Source: an uncultured Thermodesulfobacteriota bacterium
GTDB lineage: Bacteria > Desulfobacterota > WTBG01
Length of the DNA: 64,000 bases
Direction: 5' to 3'
Assembly: GCA_964580455.1 (NCBI GenBank)
Contig: CAZOKO010000001.1
Location: 2,992-66,991 of the forward strand
Positions 61,709 to 64,000 of the stretch are shown here, one piece after another. The translations under genes and the position numbers were made by a program. A model generated the notes under the pieces. It was given only the letters and a program-made list of their open reading frames with translations. It was not told the DNA's origin and did no database searches. Position 1 is the stretch's first letter. Each line of letters starts with the position of its first letter.

Positions 61709-62983
61709 ATGGGGAAAAAGAAGAAAAAAGGGGGATCCAAAGACACAACAACCAGTGTGACCACTCGGGTAAATGGAGCACCATCACCTGACAAACAGAC
61801 TGGCATTAAATATATAATCTTTTCCCTCCTCTCTATTATAATTCTTGGTATAATCATCTATTCCAATACCTTTGATGCTTCCTGGCACTTCGATGACCAC
61901 ACCGCTATTGTAGAAAATTATGGTATCAGAAACCTTAAAGGGACAATTTTTAGCGGAGGGTCAAGGTGGATAGGGTTCATTAGCTTTGCCCTCAACTACC
62001 ATTTTGGGAAGCTTGATGTGTTTGGTTATCATCTGGTCAATATCTGCATTCACCTTATAAGTGCCATTCTGGTATACTTTTTAGTGCTTTTAAGCTTCAA
62101 GACACCCTGTTTAAAAGACAACAAAATCTCCCATTATGCAGCGTCTATTTCCCTGGCTTCAGGCTTAATATTTGTAGCCCATCCCATTCAAACCCAGGCT
62201 GTAACATACATTGTTCAACGCTTCACGTCCCTGGCTACACTCTTCTACCTCCTCTCCCTGGTTCTCTTCATCAAGGCACGATTACAAAACCAGGAGGGGG
62301 GAAGTTTTTTCTCTCCTTCACACCTGGCATGCTATTTGGGCTCTCTCTTAGCTGCCTATCTTGCAATGAAAACTAAAGAGATTACTATAACCCTGCCGGT
62401 AATTATTCTGCTCTATGAATTCTCTTTTTTCAGCCCCTCCTTAAGAGCACTCGCAAGAAAGCTTCCTTATCTCATTCCATTACTGCTCACCTTTTTCATC
62501 ATTCCTTTCTCCCGCTATGGAATCGGACTGCTTGGTATATCAGGTGGTACTTTTATGGGAATAGCAGAAGTCGGTGATATCATTGGAGATGCAACCCAGG
62601 AAACTGCAACTATCTCACGAACAGATTATCTTCTAACCCAATTTAATGTCATAGTAACCTACATCCGATTACTCTTCTTCCCTGTTAATCAGAATCTTGA
62701 CTACGACTACCCCATTTCACGTACTCTCTTCGCATTTCCCACATTTTTCTCTTTCCTTTTCCTGATATCAGTTGTCATCTTTGCCGTTTGGATGTTTAAG
62801 AAGTCACGGCTAATCTCTTTTGGTATTTTCTGGTTTTTCATCACCCTATCGGTAGAGTCAAGCATTATTCCTATAAGAGATGTTATCTTTGAGCACAGGG
62901 TCTATCTTCCTTCCGTGGGTTTCGTTATATTTTTAACGGTCGCCATCTACCAGATGATGGGGCAGATAAAGACCAAACCCTAG
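61709..62983 (+). CDS. TMTC-like GT-C membrane domain without a TPR tail
   Basis: YSNT...HFDD...I..N, GYHLVN..IH, HPIQTQAVTYI.QR, KE, QNLDYD, EHRVYLPS; ATG 61709 after GGAG. Confidence 0.82.
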   Translation: MGKKKKKGGSKDTTTSVTTRVNGAPSPDKQTGIKYIIFSLLSIIILGIIIYSNTFDASWHFDDHTAIVENYGIRNLKGTIFSGGSRWIGFISFALNYHFGKLDVFGYHLVNICIHLISAILVYFLVLLSFKTPCLKDNKISHYAASISLASGLIFVAHPIQTQAVTYIVQRFTSLATLFYLLSLVLFIKARLQNQEGGSFFSPSHLACYLGSLLAAYLAMKTKEITITLPVIILLYEFSFFSPSLRALARKLPYLIPLLLTFFIIPFSRYGIGLLGISGGTFMGIAEVGDIIGDATQETATISRTDYLLTQFNVIVTYIRLLFFPVNQNLDYDYPISRTLFAFPTFFSFLFLISVVIFAVWMFKKSRLISFGIFWFFITLSVESSIIPIRDVIFEHRVYLPSVGFVIFLTVAIYQMMGQIKTKP

Positions 62984-63213
62984 CGAAGCTTCACCTCACC
63001 GACGAGCCTTCGCTATACTAGATACTGGATACTGGATGCAAGATACAATATGTAGGATTTCGTTCTAACAGGGTAAATATCGGTGTTTATAAATCGGTTA
63101 TGGGTACAACCAAAATTAAGAGCAACTCAACCGTGTTACGAAAGACGAAACGAGCAGCGCAACCGAATAACGAGCAACTTTTTTATCTAGGATCCAGTAT
63201 CTAGCATCCAGCA
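62981..63213. repeat. TAGCGAAG hairpin plus element bounded by inverted GATACTG/CAGTATC heptad arrays
   Basis: Hairpin 62981-63015; heptads at about 63016-63047 and 63186-63214; core shared with the 13.9-kb element. Confidence 0.78.
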
Positions 63214-63310
63214 TCACTTTGCATAAGTGTATCTTTTAAAAAAACTTGACTCATTTATTAAGTTTTCGGACTACTAATAGACAGCTAGAGGAACTGAATA
63301 GTGTGCCGAT

Positions 63311-64000
63311 ATGGTTTCGACGATAGAAAAACCTTTTCCAAACGGTTTATCCCTTTTGAAAGTTTACATATTAATTATTATACTTTTCGTTCTTACAGCT
63401 AATCATAGAAACAAGATCTGGAACCGGGAAGAAACCCTATGGCTGGATAACATCGAAAAAGCTCCCTTAAAGGCACGGCCTTACCATAGCCTGGGAGTTC
63501 ACTGCATGGATGAAGAAAATTACATCCAGGCTATTAAACATTTTAAGCATGCCCTCCAATTAGACCCTACCTACTCTTCAGCATATAATAACCTCGGCTC
63601 ATCATATAAAATGCAAGGAGCTTATCAAGAAGCAAAACAGGCTTTTAAAAAGGCACTTAAGATTAACCCTTCTTACGTCAAAGCCCTTTATAATTTGGGC
63701 AATCTCTACCACCACCGGGAATTATACAGGCAGGCAGAAGAAGCATATGAAAAAGCATTACGTATAAATCCCGGACTTCCTCAGGCACACAACAATCTGG
63801 GAAGCATCTATAATCATCATCAACAATACGATAAAGCCATATCAGCATTTAAAGAGGCGCTGTCAACAGACCCCCTCTTTGAAATGGCATATAATAATAT
63901 TGGCATTGCTTTCTATAACACAGGTCTCTACCAGGAAGCTATGAAGCACTACCAGAAAGCTATCCAGATCAATCCCAAATTCACTGATGCCTATAATAAC
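63311..64000 (+). CDS. Single-TM TPR protein (TMTC C-terminal-like), runs off the window end
   Basis: Manual translation MVSTIEK..TM..RNKIWNREETLWLDNIEKAPLKARPYHSLG, then NNLG TPRs; absent from the ORF track because it has no stop in the window. Confidence 0.85.
   Translation, partial: MVSTIEKPFPNGLSLLKVYILIIILFVLTANHRNKIWNREETLWLDNIEKAPLKARPYHSLGVHCMDEENYIQAIKHFKHALQLDPTYSSAYNNLGSSYKMQGAYQEAKQAFKKALKINPSYVKALYNLGNLYHHRELYRQAEEAYEKALRINPGLPQAHNNLGSIYNHHQQYDKAISAFKEALSTDPLFEMAYNNIGIAFYNTGLYQEAMKHYQKAIQINPKFTDAYNN

Overview
Chromosomal window, probably from a Desulfobacterota/deltaproteobacterium-like anaerobe (inferred from gene order only). Positions 1-19.2 kb are housekeeping: hslVU, argBDFG (no argH), an Fn3 lipoprotein, lysA-dapF-dapA, a PpiC foldase, a DUF62 protein, a PfkB kinase, rodZ, thiDN-thiC and a TPR protein. 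Positions 19.2-60.3 kb are a large, mosaic minus-strand surface-glycan locus: many GT2/GT4 enzymes, wzm/wzt, gmd/fcl, sugar epimerases, an aminotransferase, methyl- and sulfotransferases, an AglQ-like protein, three radical SAM enzymes, GT-C-like membrane proteins and a winged-helix regulator. A divergent GT2-DUF2304-TMTC-like operon follows. Four signals stand out. (1) Three different MNT-HEPN toxin-antitoxin pairs form a cassette-like array, each bordered by a shared repeat motif, and the block is bracketed by ~330-bp direct repeats that carry a near-consensus promoter. (2) A TGTTCA-N5-TGAACA palindrome overlaps the -10 box of four promoters, including the regulator's own, which suggests the glycan genes and the TA array share a regulator. 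(3) A family of 7-bp and 9-bp periodic inverted-repeat elements occurs in full, decayed and empty states around four-helix-bundle and TA cargo. (4) A TMTC-like glycosyltransferase is apparently split into a membrane core plus separately encoded last-TM/TPR modules. All calls come from motif recognition by eye; no searches were run.
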